DNA of 64,000 nt, from contig MU271232.1 of assembly GCA_021432655.1 (NCBI GenBank), positions 38,361 to 102,360 on the forward strand, read 5' to 3'. This stretch comes from Atractiella rhizophila (lineage: Eukaryota). Position 1 is the stretch's first letter, and every line of letters begins with the position of its first letter. The notes beneath the pieces are model-generated. The model searched no databases and was not told the DNA's origin. It was given only the letters and a program-made list of their open reading frames with translations. The translations under genes were made by a program, and so were the position numbers. Positions 47,544 to 61,010 of the stretch are shown here, piece by piece.

Positions 47544-50500
47544 CTAAAGAGCTCGCTGAATTAGAAGTTTCAAAGCGGATTGCCATGTCCCAATATCATC
47601 CGCAGGATTCTTCTCCCGTGTTAACAGATCCAGGTGCAGCTGTAAAGCTTTTTGTCCGTCTCTCGCTTGCATAGCTGTGTCGAAAGAAGTCATCAGGAAG
47701 GAAGAGAAGAAGCAGTAAATCTCTTACCCCCAACGATGTCCAGCAAACGCTGCACAACAGATTTTGAAATGGTATCGCAGTTGAGATGATCAAAGAGGAC
47801 GTTAATCCGACGGTCAGTATCATCAGCCATTCTCTTCTGCTGCGGCTGTTTCAATCCTATCAGTGAAGCTCTTTATATGCTTAGAAAGATATACAGGGAG
47901 AACCTGTCGCAACCGCTGAAGGGATTGAGACAAAAATCCAACAATGGGTTTGCTTTCCTCCGGCACATGAGTCCTATCACCTGGAGGATACTTCGGTTTA
48001 GGAGGTTCTGCTTTCGGTGGAGGAGGGGTGGGGGCTGCCTGTGGTGGCGGTTGTTGCTGTTGAGGCGGTGGCATTCGTGGGATCTGACCCATCAGGGGAG
48101 GTTGCTGGTGTTGGGGAGGGCTCGCCACTCGTGCTGGGCCGGGAGGAGGGCCGTAAGGTCCATTAGGCGGTCCTTGCTGAAATTGGGGTCCAGGAGGAGG
48201 CATGTTTGGCACGTTTGGATGGGGCCCTGGGTGCATATTCGGATGAGGGGGTCCTGGAGGCATGTTGTGGTGCTGATGTCCTGGAGGCAGATTGGCCTGA
48301 GGGGGCATCATCATTCCCTGAGTGGGCATGCTCATCCCTTGCGGACCACGCATCTGCGGCGGCATGGGGGGCATCTAACAAATCAATGAGCAGGTCAATG
48401 GAGCAAAGCAAGGACTGTACGTTGGGTTGCCGTTGAGGATTCCCAAATTGACCTGGGCCATACTGCTGAGGCGGAGGCGAAAGTGTTTGCGGTCGAGAAG
48501 GTGCTGAACAAACGGTGAACAAACAACGGTAAAGGAGATGGGACAAGCATACGTCTTTGCCCCGCCAATGGTGGTGGAGGGTAAGATTTCGGAGTTCCAG
48601 CACGAGGTGGAGGAGGAACACCTCCAGCCGATGGTCCGTAAGGCCCCGCAGAAGGAACAGGACCAGCGTTCGGAAACGGCGAGCTGATAGGGTTTGCTTT
48701 CTTCGCCGCCGCCGGAGTGACGGTTCGCTTGATGTTGAGTTCAGGAGCATCGTTCCAGCCACTTTCTTTTGATCCACTACTGAGAGGCGGTGGGGGGACA
48801 CTCGGTTTGCTAGGATGTTCTGGAACAAGCGGAGAAGTCCCGATCACGGCAGGAGGAGCAGGAAGGAATGATGATGGCGTCTGTGTAGCTACGTTTCCAT
48901 ACGGATTGTACGGCGTTTGTGAAGTAGTAGACGTGGCATACGGATTGGAAAGGTCGTACGAAGGAACCGTAGGCTGGAATGATGGTTGAGTGGGAGCCGC
49001 GTAGGGGTTGTTATCAGCGACGTATGGGTTAGGAGGTGCTGGCGTGTAGCCATTCGCATTGGGTCCATAACCGCTGGCGGCGCCGTTGAAGGAGGTAATG
49101 GGAACTGGCTTCGCCTTCACCGAAGGGGTGGAAGCGGCTTTGGGCGTTGCGATCGACTTTCCACTGTTGCGCTCCAACCGAGCTCGAACAGAATTAGGCC
49201 CAGCAGCATCGTGATAATCGACTGGCGTCTGGGAGACAAACTTCCACGCCGTCGTGACGAGACCTTGGGCAGCCAGAATCTCGGCGTACTCAATGTAGCG
49301 ATCATACAGAGTTGCAAGCTTGTAAGTTCGAACCCCTGCTTCCGCAATTTCAGCAGACTTGGTAGGCTCAGCAAGGTCTTGATCAACGTATTCGACAGCG
49401 CTCTGGAACACCGTAACCTTTTCGATAAATGTCTGTAGAGCTTTCGCGTGGGCCGTGTACTGCGATATTTCTCGCTCGCCGTCCTTCCCTGATGACCCGG
49501 AAAGGGCTACTTCTTCTTCTTGCATCTCCTCTGACCAGATTCCAATGGCCTTATCCAACTTCCCAGCAGCTAGATAGCAAAGCATGGCGTTCTTCCTGAG
49601 AGTGTTCGCTTTAACGCGGTCCTCTTCCGTCGACATCTGAGCTCGTACTTCAGAGCATTGGAATTCAAGTCGCTGTCCGAGTTGCTTGGCCAGACTGGGG
49701 AACTCTTCCTTCTTCGCAAAGGTACAAAGGACCACGAAGATTTCCTGCCATTCCGTGAGATCGGCATTTTGAACTACGTCAGTTAGATCGTCCATAACGA
49801 TGGATTGATAAAGCCGCAAATAAGGCAGCATGGCGGTCCTCTTCTCGAAATAAGCCTTTTGAGTCTTTGTCAAGAGATCTTTCCCTCCTCGGACGGCAAG
49901 AAGAATAGCGTCTGCAAATCGCTCAGTAGACAAGCAAAGGGAAACGGCGCTGTCGAAATCCCCCAGAACGAGAGCTCTGGTGATGAGCCTGTCAGCTTCA
50001 GATTCTTCGCTGGGATAGATGTTGAACGTGGTCTTGAGGGAATCTGAGGCGATCGAAGCAGGTCGTGATCCGGCAGTTGCAGCAACGCTGGTCACCTCGT
50101 TGCGGTCGGGAAAGATGTGACCAGGAAGTCCAGGTGGCCTACTTCCTCTCAAACTGTTATAGAAGTCGGTAGCAGCAGTAGGAGTGCCAACCGGCTGAGG
50201 AGCGTCGTCACCAAACAGACTTGGCTCTGTGACTTCGGTACCAGGTTCAACGCCACCGTCAGATGCAGCACTGGAAACAGAGGCCTCAGGGAGACTGGGA
50301 GTAGTTGGCTCTTTGGCTGAGGGCTCATCTGTTGCGAAGGTGACATGAGGATCTCGAGGTAAAGATGTGGTTTCATCCTCAGAGGTGTTGGAAACGACAC
50401 CTGTACTCCGTGTTCGAATGACACCTCCAGGGGTTCTTGATCCTGCTGATGCTTTGTAGGCCTTGATAGCGTTCTCTACCTTGCTCTCGATTTCTTCCTT

Positions 50501-52297
50501 CGAAAACCCTAGCAGTGTCACCAGTTCGTCCCTATTTGCTTGGAAAAGGGCTCCAAGTAACTTCCAGTTCGCCTTAACATCTTCATCCATGTCGACTGTC
50601 TTATCCACCTTCTCCTCGCAGAAATTTCTCAAACCACCAGGTCCCTCCGCAGTCGCAGCCTCAAGCCTGACAGCCTCCACCACGATATCTCCCTCCGTGA
50701 CAATGGTTCGCAATTCGACTTTGTTGCCTGTTACACTCACCATCTTGCCTCCGAACCCCCAAGAAGCAGTAGCTGGTCGTTTTAACCATTTGGGAGGTTG
50801 TTTCAGGGTGATGGAAGGAGCGTGAGAGGCATTTGCTTGGATAGCAGAATCGAAGAAAGCACTTGCGCCACCAGCGGAAGTCGGAAGTGCAGCATTCGAG
50901 GGAGTCTCATCTTCCTTGTTCGTAGACTGAAGGGAGTGGATGTCGATCTTTCCATCGTAAGAAGAAACGGCGAGCAGGTCGGGGTTGCGTGGGCACCAAT
51001 CGACTTGGAAGGACCAATTGTTGCTTGGTGGTAGCTGGACATCAAAATTAACATGGCATGAATTGGTTCCAGCCCAAGAAAGCTTACCTCTCCAACGATT
51101 TCTCCAGACGAAGGGTTCCAACAAATTGTCCTACAATCCTTGCCACAACTAAGCAAGAGATCGGAGTCTCTCTCGCACCAGGCAAGAGACAGCACTCCCT
51201 TCTCGTGTCCTTGAAGAACCTGCCCACTAGCTCAGTCTGACAAAAGATAAGAGAGGTATCGTGCACCTTCTCAGGTGCTCGTGAATTTCTTAGATCCCAG
51301 ATCATGATGATGGGCATCGTGTCGTCTTCGCTTGCCGTGATAAGCCTCGTTGGCTGAGATCACAATGAGCGGACCAACTAGATATTGAACAGAAACATAC
51401 GTTATCCGGGCTCCACTGCACTTGGCTAATGCCCCTTTTGCCACCCTGGCCTGCCATCCAACCTTGCTGAGCTCCACCAATAGGAGCGCCATTATACATG
51501 AGAGGTGCAACGGCTTCGCGACTTGCTTTCGAGTCCCAGATCACTGTAAAGCCCGAGTTCGATGCCGAAGCAAGAATGTGTGGCACTTGAGGGTTCCAGG
51601 AAATAGATGTAATCTCATCGAGAGAACGATTGCGAGGTCCTGGGGAGAAAGGCTTCGTCGGATTGTTCAAATCCCAAATATAAATCTATAACAACTCAGC
51701 GGACTGTAGCTTCGATCAAGCTTCATTAACTCACTTCGCCGTTCACTGCTCCACTGACCAACAAATTTTTTCGTACTTTGTTGAAGTCAACTCCCCGAAC
51801 AGGCCCATTGTGTTGAGTATTTTGGAAAATAATAGACTCCTCTCTATCGTATTGGATAGATAAGTTGCCGTGGTCAATGATGCTAGAGCACTCTTACCCA
51901 GCAATGATTTTCTCAGGGTCATACACCGCAAGCTCTCCGCTCTCCATTCCAGCTGCGATCAACCCTTTTCCGTGAGAAGGGTTCCCCCAAGCGAGGCGAT
52001 TGAACCTTCGACGTATCTCAACCACAACCATAACTCCCTTAAAAAGAACTCACTTAGAGTTTGATATTACTTTCCCTACACTTTCTGAGGCCTTGTCAAA
52101 AGGGCTCCATATCTCCAGCAAAGCATCGTTGGAGAAGTTTTCATCCAGAGCTCCAGCAACAGTTCCGGTCGCGATGAGAGGAAGTGAAAGCGAGAGGGAA
52201 GAGGGAGACCACGCGAAGGTCGAGGTACGGGGTATAGAGCTAATTCAGCGTCAAGATCCAGTTCGAGGTGGATGGTACAAGCTTACTTGAACCTCAT
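47544..52297 (-). CDS. SEC31: COPII outer coat protein Sec31
   Basis: [31 protein letters not shown]40 repeats, [19 protein letters not shown], Pro-rich region with [15 protein letters not shown] and a C-terminal helical domain. Confidence 0.95.
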
Positions 52298-52601
52298 TGC
52301 AGGCACACTCCTGTGAAGGATTAGATGTTGGACGTCAGAAGCTGAAAATTCCAACTTGGACTCAAAAAATAAATGAGAACGCAGAACTCTCACCTTGAAA
52401 ACAGTAGCGTGTAAGTCTAATACGTGGGCCGTAGGAACTTCCTTTCGTCGTTTCAGGTGAAGTAGAGATACGTGGTGCTTGTCGGAGAATACCCGTTCGG
52501 GTAAGAAGACTTTTGTCACGTGCGCAGTAGCCACAGAGTATCAAATTATCATCCAATGACATTCATTGCTCAGGTATTCAAAAGAAACGTGCATATAGAT
52601 G

Positions 52602-54903
52602 CTACAACTTTGCGCGCACGTCATCTTCGTATTGCATTGATACTTCAACGCCCTTCGTGTCCTTCAGTAATCGTCGCAAAATCTTTCCGGAAGGCTAGAC
52701 ACGATGTCAGTCCTTCATATTCAAGTTGCTGTCCAGAGTGGATACTTACACTCTTGGGGATAGCTTCAACAAACACTAATCCGCCTCTCGGCCTGATAAG
52801 ATCACTACATTAGCTTGTCAAATGAAGCAATCAGGAAATCTTACCACTTGTAGTGGACTGTGCGAGTTTCAACAAATTTGCGGATCTGCATCGCGACCGC
52901 CTTGCTCTCTTCACAAGAAGAGCCTCGTTTCAAAACAGTTTCAAGAAGCTTCTTGTCGGAACTGAGGTAAAAGTCAACGTTAATAAGCAAAAAATGGTCG
53001 GAACTCACATCACGACCCAAGCTTTCGGCCATTCCGTAGCTTTCTGCTCATCATAAATGGAGCTCACACCTGCGTCAGCAACCAAGTCACATTCGCAAAG
53101 GATGGACTCTAGATCTGCTGGTGATACTTGAAACCCTTTCACTTTAATCATCTCTTTTATCCGATCCGTAAGCCAGAGATTTCCATGTTTATCGAACTTG
53201 CCAACATCACCTGCTTTTGATTAGGTCGGGAAATGCTATGGTTGGAGACTGACCAGAATGTACCCATCCTTCGTCTTCCAGAGTATCTGCCGTTGATTCA
53301 GGACTGTTGAGATAACCCATGAAAGCACCAGGTGACCGGATTAGAAGTTCGCCTTCTTCCTCAATACCCAGTACTTCAGACAATAACATCAGTGACTTTA
53401 AAGCTCATATGATTGCTCTCATACCTTTCTTGCTCTTCCCGCGAGTTCCGACTTCCACGATAAGACCCTCCTGACCAGGCATAAACTTCCCACAACTCCC
53501 GAGCATGCGTTCAACTTCGTCCCAGTTTTCACCACCGACGGTAGTATTCCCACCTTTGTGATAAGCTTAGCTCTGAGGAGTTTGAATGGCAGGAGACACA
53601 ATACCTGTCTCCGAAGCACCATAACCCATATGAATGATCAAGCCCAGTCGGTGGTAAACCTCCTTGATAACATGAGGCGAAAGCGGTGCGCCGCCGCTTG
53701 TCATTGCTTCCACTGACGAAAGATCGAACGATTCGAGAATGGGTGATTTGGCCATGAGAACGGCGACGGGAGGGGCAATGTGGAGGTGAGTGATCTTATA
53801 CTTCTGCACGAGTGAAAGGTAGAAGACAGGGTCGAATTTGTGGACGATCGTGGCAGTTATTCCAACCGCAGGACACATGCACAGAATATTGGCGAGAGCT
53901 ACGTATGATGGACATGAGCAGTCATTAAGAAAATACTGGAAGAGAACGTACCATAAATATGATAGAACGGAGGCAAAGCAAGGAATCGCTGAGGTCCTGA
54001 ATATTCTGGATGGCCCCAACGCAGGCTCACGACGTGAAATATTCCAGCTTCGTGGCTTAATACCACACCTTTGCTTTTCCCGCTCGTCCCGCTGCTCCAT
54101 AAAATATAGGCCACCCTTCTTTTAGCTTCTCCTTTCTGGAATGGTCGTATCTCATGCTCTTTCCCGGCAAGCAAAGTGGTCCAGTCATTCGGCGGTAAGG
54201 AAGAAGGTGTCCCGTAATAGTCTGTTGGAGAAACGGTGAAGAGGTATTTCGATTTACCAGAGAAACGTCGAGACACCTCAGAATCTTTTAGTTCGGAAAA
54301 TGCCGCCTGCAAAGAAGATATAGCCATAGTGTGACAGAAAATGACGCTAGGCCGTGAGATAGAAAGGATATGCGCAAGCTCTGTCGGTGTAAGCAGTGGA
54401 TTCGCCATGGTCACCTAACTGACCATCAGTTGGCAATCACAAATGATGGGAGAAGACAAACGGTCAGGGAAGCAGCAAGTACCCCAAACATGATCGAGGG
54501 AAAGACAACGCTGTTGGGAACGATCATCAAAACAACAGGGGATAGAATTTGACCCTTCCCCGGCTTGTACGGAGCTGGTTGAACTGCACATTTTGTGACG
54601 AGGCCTTCGGCTAGTCTGAGAGAATCTCGTTGTAGTCGCCCATGAGATAGTTGCGAACCTAGTCGAAGGAGGCACGGTCATTTATTTAACAATAATCAAA
54701 TCGTAGAAGAAACGCTCACCAGTCAGAGGATCAACGAATATAGGCTTTTCAGGTGGAATAAGTTCGTTAAAGGCATTCTCCCCCAGCTCTTTAGGCGTAT
54801 CAAGTAACCCAGATTTTTTATGGAAGGGGTTTGAGAACAGAAACTTGGAGAGGTTTACGTCGGGGCAGGAAATAAAGAAAGGTGGTCTATGTTGAGCAGA
54901 CAT
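52602..54903 (-). CDS. 4-coumarate/phenylacetyl-CoA ligase-like AMP-binding enzyme with PTS1
   Basis: WSSGTSGKSKGV, LPPFYHIY, MGYGASET, HS|GDVG, DRIKEMIKVKGFQV and PSGKILRR. Ends in -AKL*, a peroxisomal targeting signal. Confidence 0.9.
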
Positions 54904-55605
54904 GTTGCAAGCATCAACAGGAACTTCAGACAAGGGGGAGCGTCCACCACAATCGCTAGGGCTAGAAATATAAAGCCCTCCCAAGCCGAATCAAGAAGCA
55001 GCCTGGACAATTAAGAAAGGGTAAACCGCTTTCCGCTTTGCCTGCAGCGCTGACCAAGTTTTGCCGTTCATTGACCTTGTAACGTCCGGTTCCGCCATAC
55101 CCGCCCACGCGTTATAATCATGTGACTGGCATGATCTTGTCAAGGTTCTCTCGAGTGAGTGCACCAATCAATCAGTGGGTTGCTGGCCTCCAACTTGAGA
55201 GTGCCTATAAATTATTGTCAAGAAATGAGGGCCAGATTTGACGGGATGAAACCTGACTGGTCACTTAAGTTGCTTTGCGATGTATTGTTGTGTTGTTTGG
55301 GGGATGTATTACTCTGCGATTTATTGCAGTAAGTGCAGTTCTAGTTCTGAGTCGTGACTTTTGTGAACCTTCTGGTCTCGGCAGTAGCAATTCGCAAGGC
55401 TCAAGCTCTGTTGCGACTGACCCTCACTGCCTCAGCTTTGGATTCTTGTTGAGAGGAGCGTCCATTTGTGGTTATTACATTTTCAACTCTCCTTCACATC
55501 CTTGTAACACGTCTACTAAGTGTAACGAAAAGCAAAGCTACAGGACAAAGCAACTGAATGATTACGATTATCGCCAACCACAACTGATGTGCCCAAAATT
55601 GATCT

Positions 55606-55984
55606 TCACAGATTTATTACGTTCCCTCTCTTGAACTTTCCATCCTTCGGTACTCGGTAAACTTCTCCATTGATAACTACATGCACTGCCTTCTTGTCCG
55701 CTTCGTTTTGATATGGTGCCCTTTCTTTTGGAGAGAGGAGAGGGGTGGTGCACGTCGGTATTTCTTCATAGGATGGCGGATCTCCTTTATAGTACACAAG
55801 CTTGAGAGCGTAGAAATAAGGAAGAGAAGGATGAAACGCGTACTCGATGTTTGTCCTTTTTCAGTGAAACACTTGCTTCTCCCCTGACCGCTTCGAGGAG
55901 GGGGCTTCCGTACCATTCGGCTGTGATTGTGGTTTGCACATGCTGCCAGACAGGCTGACGCGGAGATTGAAGGCAGGATGCCAC
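55606..55984 (-). CDS. Possible small hypothetical protein (PPSY motif)
   Basis: Two short ORFs can be joined by a GTACGC...AAG intron (...KDKHR|LVYYKGDPPSYEE...). No confident ATG start. Confidence 0.25.
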
Positions 55985-57535
55985 TTTTGCTGTGCTGAGG
56001 ACAATGGTTCAGTGTAGCGGGAAAGATGAGGAACGGGTTCTTTTAAGATGCGGGAGCCCTACGGTGGGTTTCCGGCTGTTCAATCATGAAAGAAATTCCT
56101 AAGAAAGCTCAAGCTCAGCCATCAATGCACAAAATTTCACAATTCATGCTGCACACATAGCTTGCAGCCTGCGCGCACTAAGGGCTACTTTTGAGTGGAG
56201 TTATGACAGCTCTGCGTGGCTGGAATCAGCCTGGAGTCGCTAGAGAACAAAGACGTTCAGGAGGCACATCTCGGACGACGTGACGTTTTAATTGTTTTGA
56301 AAGACTACATCCGCTATACAAAAGTAGCCCGATGGCACAGTTTAGCAACTAGCTGCTCTCCGTATCCCCTGCGTGACTGCATGACGTTTCTGCACTTATG
56401 ACATCTGTAATCACTTGATTCAATTGGGCACTCGGAGAGTCTAATGTTGAGTCTAGCTCAACTCTCGCACAGTCGTTTCCCATTTTGCTTCTAACAACGT
56501 ATCAATACTAGCCTGATAGTCCTACATGGACTCGAATGTGCAGACGATGAAGACCGGGCGATTGACATGGCTACCATCTTATTCCATCTCACATCACGAT
56601 TCAGCGGCCTTCGCAAACGGAAGTCATCTACCCAGCCATCTAGAGCTCCGTGCTAGCATTATTTAGAGTGACATGTACACCTTCCGGAACCCGTGCCGCC
56701 AATCTGTGCGAGCAAATTTGAGCTTCAGTTTGAACTGTGATCTGAAAAGCATAAATACCGGGATGACTGACAGTAGAATCCACTAGTAGACACACTGTCG
56801 GCGAGACCGGGAGAAAGACCTCTTTTTGAATAGAATTTGATGAAAGGATGGGAAGGTGAAGTCGAGTGAACATCCAGAAAGTTACTTCCCCGTTTCACTC
56901 CTGTCTCCTGACCGCGTGTCAGTGCGCCGCGTCGAAGCTTCTTCGTTCCTTAATCTTAGAGGATCTCAGATTTGTCAAGCTCTTCCCTGCGTTGTTCATG
57001 CTTGCAGTGCTATTATCTGAAGTCACCCCCTTTGTCTCAGTTGATGGGTGCTGCCCTTTCAACCGGCGCAGCGTGTCTCTCAGGTAATTGACATGCAAAT
57101 GACGCGCTAAGGAACATCTTCCTGAGAATCGCAATCGATGTTAGAGATGAATAAAACCCCGCGGTCTTGAGGTTGTCAGTTCGAGGAATTGGAGGCAATT
57201 ATAGAGACTTACAATCTTCCAGTCTTTCCCGGACCTACATCGACGACTGGGAAGGTATTCCGTGTGTGTAAAAGCAAAGGTAGTGTCCATGATCATCGTG
57301 CATTAAGATTAAGCGCATCCTCCTATACAGAGTACATTTTGCGACGAATAAAAGCATACGGAGTCTAAGGAATGACAGCAAATTATTCACAATCCATGCG
57401 AAAAAACGCTGACGATGTGGTGTAAGTGATGTTATCTGTACGATCGATATCATCGAGCAGTTAGCATTTCTACGAATTAAACCAAGGACGTGGACCCACG
57501 ATGAGATGAGGTAGCCTACTTGTCTGGCCTTTTCC

Positions 57536-59381
57536 CTACCCTCCACCATTGCTGTTCCACTTTTAGTACCTCATCACGGAGATGAAAGGTGTGAACGTAC
57601 CCTCATACAACTATATCCATCAGTGTCAAAGCTATCTTTGGGATTACAGTTGCATTTTCCGTTGTCGTGATACTTCCTTGCGTTGACTGGACAGTGCATG
57701 AACGGGTTGTGACGGTAGGCGATATCGTCAAATTGGTGCAGGGCTGAAGAAGGTAGGAAGAGGGAGGCAGCTATCGAGTGGACTGGAGCATCACCCCAAC
57801 GCTCATAAAAGAATCCTCCAGCTTTGTCCAGGTATTCGAAATACTACAAAAGCCGCTTCGATGAGACAACATTAGCTGAGTGAAGACCAACCTCGGTGTA
57901 AGCCTTCGAGCGCCAGAAGCGGAGGTCTCCAATCTCGAAATTCGACCAGAAATGGCAAACTATTCCGACGATACTTAGTCAGGAACAAGAAAGGAGCAAA
58001 TGAGGAAAACATGCGATTGTATCTGTCTTCCATTCCCTTTCGCATATCATCCACAATGAAGTTCATGCTATTGTCCTTTGCAACGTATTCCGGGTAAAGT
58101 TTCACGAACTGCTTGGCGCGTCAAGCGCCGCACTGGGCTTGGTGCAAAGACAAACCTCGCGCGTCGTGTCCCAGAGTGTGCGAATGGTGCGCTCGTACTC
58201 ATAGATGGTGATTGTGAAGCCATACGTTTTGTTGTTGGCTTCCATCTATGCAATAACTCGGCGAGGGACAGGCTATGTGAGAGAGAGACTCACAAAAAGG
58301 AATGGATCGTAGTCCAGGTCACAGAAAAATTCGACACCGCTGCAACCAGTTGCTGTTCCATCAATTTGTCCGTGAGGAGGAGATCTTGAAAGCTTACGGC
58401 TCAACTCTCCAATAGTAGTCAAACTGTTCGAGGATTTGTTGGCGGAAAAAGAATCTGCACTAGGCCTTAGCTCCCGTTCCACCTTACCTCGTGTATCTTA
58501 CCCAGAGTTGAACCTGCACATATGCCTATAACTCTCGCTACCTCCGTAGATGACATTCTCCTCTTCCATTTTCTTCCTCTCTTCCCGAGCCTTGTCTTGG
58601 TCAATGAAATCTGGATACGACCAATGCTCCGGCGGTATCTGGGCGAAGTAGCACACTGAACGTGTCATCTTCTGCACTCCTTCCTTGAACTCTTCCGTAA
58701 AGGGCACTTCGTTCATAAACACCCAAGGGTACTATCAACACCTCATCAGTAAGCTGTAAAGAGGTGGAGCGAAGAAGTCTGCCACGTACTCCTGCTTTGC
58801 GATTGAAGCTGCGCCGCAACGCGATGAATGGCAGAAATTAGATGCAAGGGGAGCTCACCGTTCTTCCACAGAGCGCATCGATTCCTGCACACCCTCTTAC
58901 CACTATCCCCACAGAGATAATAAAATGCGTACTTTTATGCTTCCAAGCTCTCCATTGCGCACCAAGCTGACAAAAGCGGCGTTTGCCCTTTTGTACCCAT
59001 TCATGCGAAATGGATTGATGTCTGGGGGTACAGCAGCCCCGTTCGCTCATCTTTCTCATACACTGGCTCCTTCCATCCCTGTACACTGATGTCCTTCATG
59101 GCCCCGTCATGCTGGAGATCGTATCTTTCAATGTCCTTCCCGCCTCGCAAATAAGAAAAAGAGGGTATCCAAGACGAAGCAGATTTGAAAGTATTCGTAG
59201 AAGGGAGTGAAGGGAGAGACTCGGAGGGAACGAAAAAGACGGAAAGAAGAATAAAGGTTGTAAGGACGAGGGAGAGAGTGCGGATTGGACGGGATTTGAG
59301 GTATTGGAGAATTGGGGGACTTGGGCTGTTGGAGGTATTGATTGGGGTTGGATTCGCTAGAAAGTCTCGCCAGGCACCCAT
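57536..59381 (-). CDS. GT15 alpha-1,2-mannosyltransferase (Kre2/Mnt1/Ktr family), with apparent 1-nt frameshift
   Basis: Type II TM anchor, ANAAFVSLVRN, YPWVFMNE, YGGSESYRHMCRFNSG, YYWRVEP, CHFWSNFEI and GGFFYERWGDAPVHS. Confidence 0.92.
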
Positions 59382-59560
59382 GCTGGAGTTGGCTGCGCTG
59401 CCTCAAGAAAAAGTGTGAGTTTCGTCGTTTGGAGTTGCTTCAACGAGTTCAGCCCCGATGCGCCGAAATGGGACCGTTCACCACCACGACAACCAAGACA
59501 TTAGAGACCGAGCGCCACCTGCGGCTTCCCTTAGGCAGTTTCTCTCCACCACCGCCCAGA

Positions 59561-59993
59561 ATGGCTCAACAAGACCCTAACCGTCCTCACGAAGCGTACC
59601 CAGCACGCGGACCTCCCTCCCTCAAGAAAGGTCTTCGAGCATCGACATTCAGGCAATGGCAGAAGTACAGCGGCACCTTTGTGTATGGCATGCTTGATCC
59701 TGTGCGTCTTTCTTCCGAAATCTTCGAGCAGCTCTTTGCTCACCATCTCATTGGGCCGGGTAGTGGGAAATTGTCCTCCTCCGTGAGCCGCCTCTTCCTA
59801 GTTTCTGCGTTGAAGCGTAAGACCTAATCGTACAATGCACTCATCAGACCTCCTCTATTTTATGGTCTTCGCCCTCATCGCTGTTGGAGTCTTCAGATAC
59901 TTCCCGCAACATGTCCGAATCATTGCGAACCGGATGCTGTGGTATTGGTACGGGGAGGAGGCGGGAATGCCAACCAAAATGCAGTTGCTGTGA
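59561..59993 (+). CDS. Serine palmitoyltransferase small subunit-like protein
   Basis: Three exons: ...KYSGTFVYGMLDP|WEIVLL|HLLYFMVFALIAVGVFRYFPQHVRIIANRMLWYWYG, matching the ssSPT-like pattern (ML.PWE...Y.P.H...R..Y..G). Confidence 0.75.
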
Positions 59994-60692
59994 TTGAAGA
60001 GAGGGAAGGGTATGATATACCTTTATAATTGGCGCTTTAAGTGGGTGTATCATTCCTGTAATATTCGATCTTTCTAGTGTTAGAATGGGTGTGTGTTGGA
60101 GCTGAATTCATTTGAGAAAGAAAGCTTGGATGGAGCCGGGAAAGAGTTTATCTGTTGACATTGGAAGTAAAATAAGGGACAAGTGATGCCTTTCTTGACA
60201 GATTCCTACTTCTCTAGCCATTGACAGCGGCATTCTGTAGGTCTTGTCCTATATCGACAGCTTTTGAAGGGATGATGGAATGATTATGCTGACCCATACT
60301 CCTTTTTGTTGTATGTCTCCAGAAGTTGTAGTTGTTCTTGGTTCGCTAATTTTGGTTTGCAAGAAGTAAAGTGCTTGCAGGTGATAGGATCTGATATTTC
60401 GGTCCTCAAATTCACTAATATCCACTGTACAAGGCGTCCGAGCACATCTTGAATCTGACATAAGGATTCCGGGAAAAGCGGAGCGTAACTGAAAGACGGA
60501 AGAATTGCGGACAACCTTGGGTAAAATGAGTAAGAACGACTAAATTTACAGAGCGGCTCTGCTGAGCCCTCGTGGTAGCATTGGGATGTGCAAGTTGTTG
60601 CATAGAACAAAGGCCTACATGGATCAACTCGGTCAAAGCGAAGCACAATTAGGCAGAACAATAAAAATTTTGTACGACGATGGAGAAAAAAG

Positions 60693-60765
60693 CGAGCCTG
60701 CTGGGAGTTGAACCCAGGATCTTCCCCTCCGGAGGGGGACGGATTAACCACTTTCCCACAAGCCC
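60693..60765 (-). tRNA. tRNA-Arg (anticodon CCG), intronless
   Basis: Cloverleaf GGGCTTG/CAGGCTC acceptor, TCCCC-CTCCGGA-GGGGA anticodon arm and CTGGG-TTCAACT-CCCAG T arm, followed by a T6 Pol III terminator. Confidence 0.93.
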
Positions 60766-61010
60766 GCAAGTTTGCCAAATAGCCCTCACTTAAGTTTCAT
60801 ACAGGGACAAAGACCAAGATTGTGAATACTCTCTCCCTGCCCTTTGTCTTACTTCTTTTTGTACTTCTTTCGGCCCGTGGAAGGAAAAATTTCGCCAGAT
60901 AGTTACTGGATCTTGGGCCAGATGCTTTGAATGAAGGTTGGCAGTTTGGTTCGCGGAGTCATGTTTAGTGTCCAGCATAGAATGTCATTGAACAAGCTCA
61001 CTCACTTTTC

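Noticed and set aside
36821..52297. SEC12 and SEC31 (both COPII) within ~9 kb as a functional cluster
   Set aside because: They are separated by unrelated genes; likely coincidence without synteny data.
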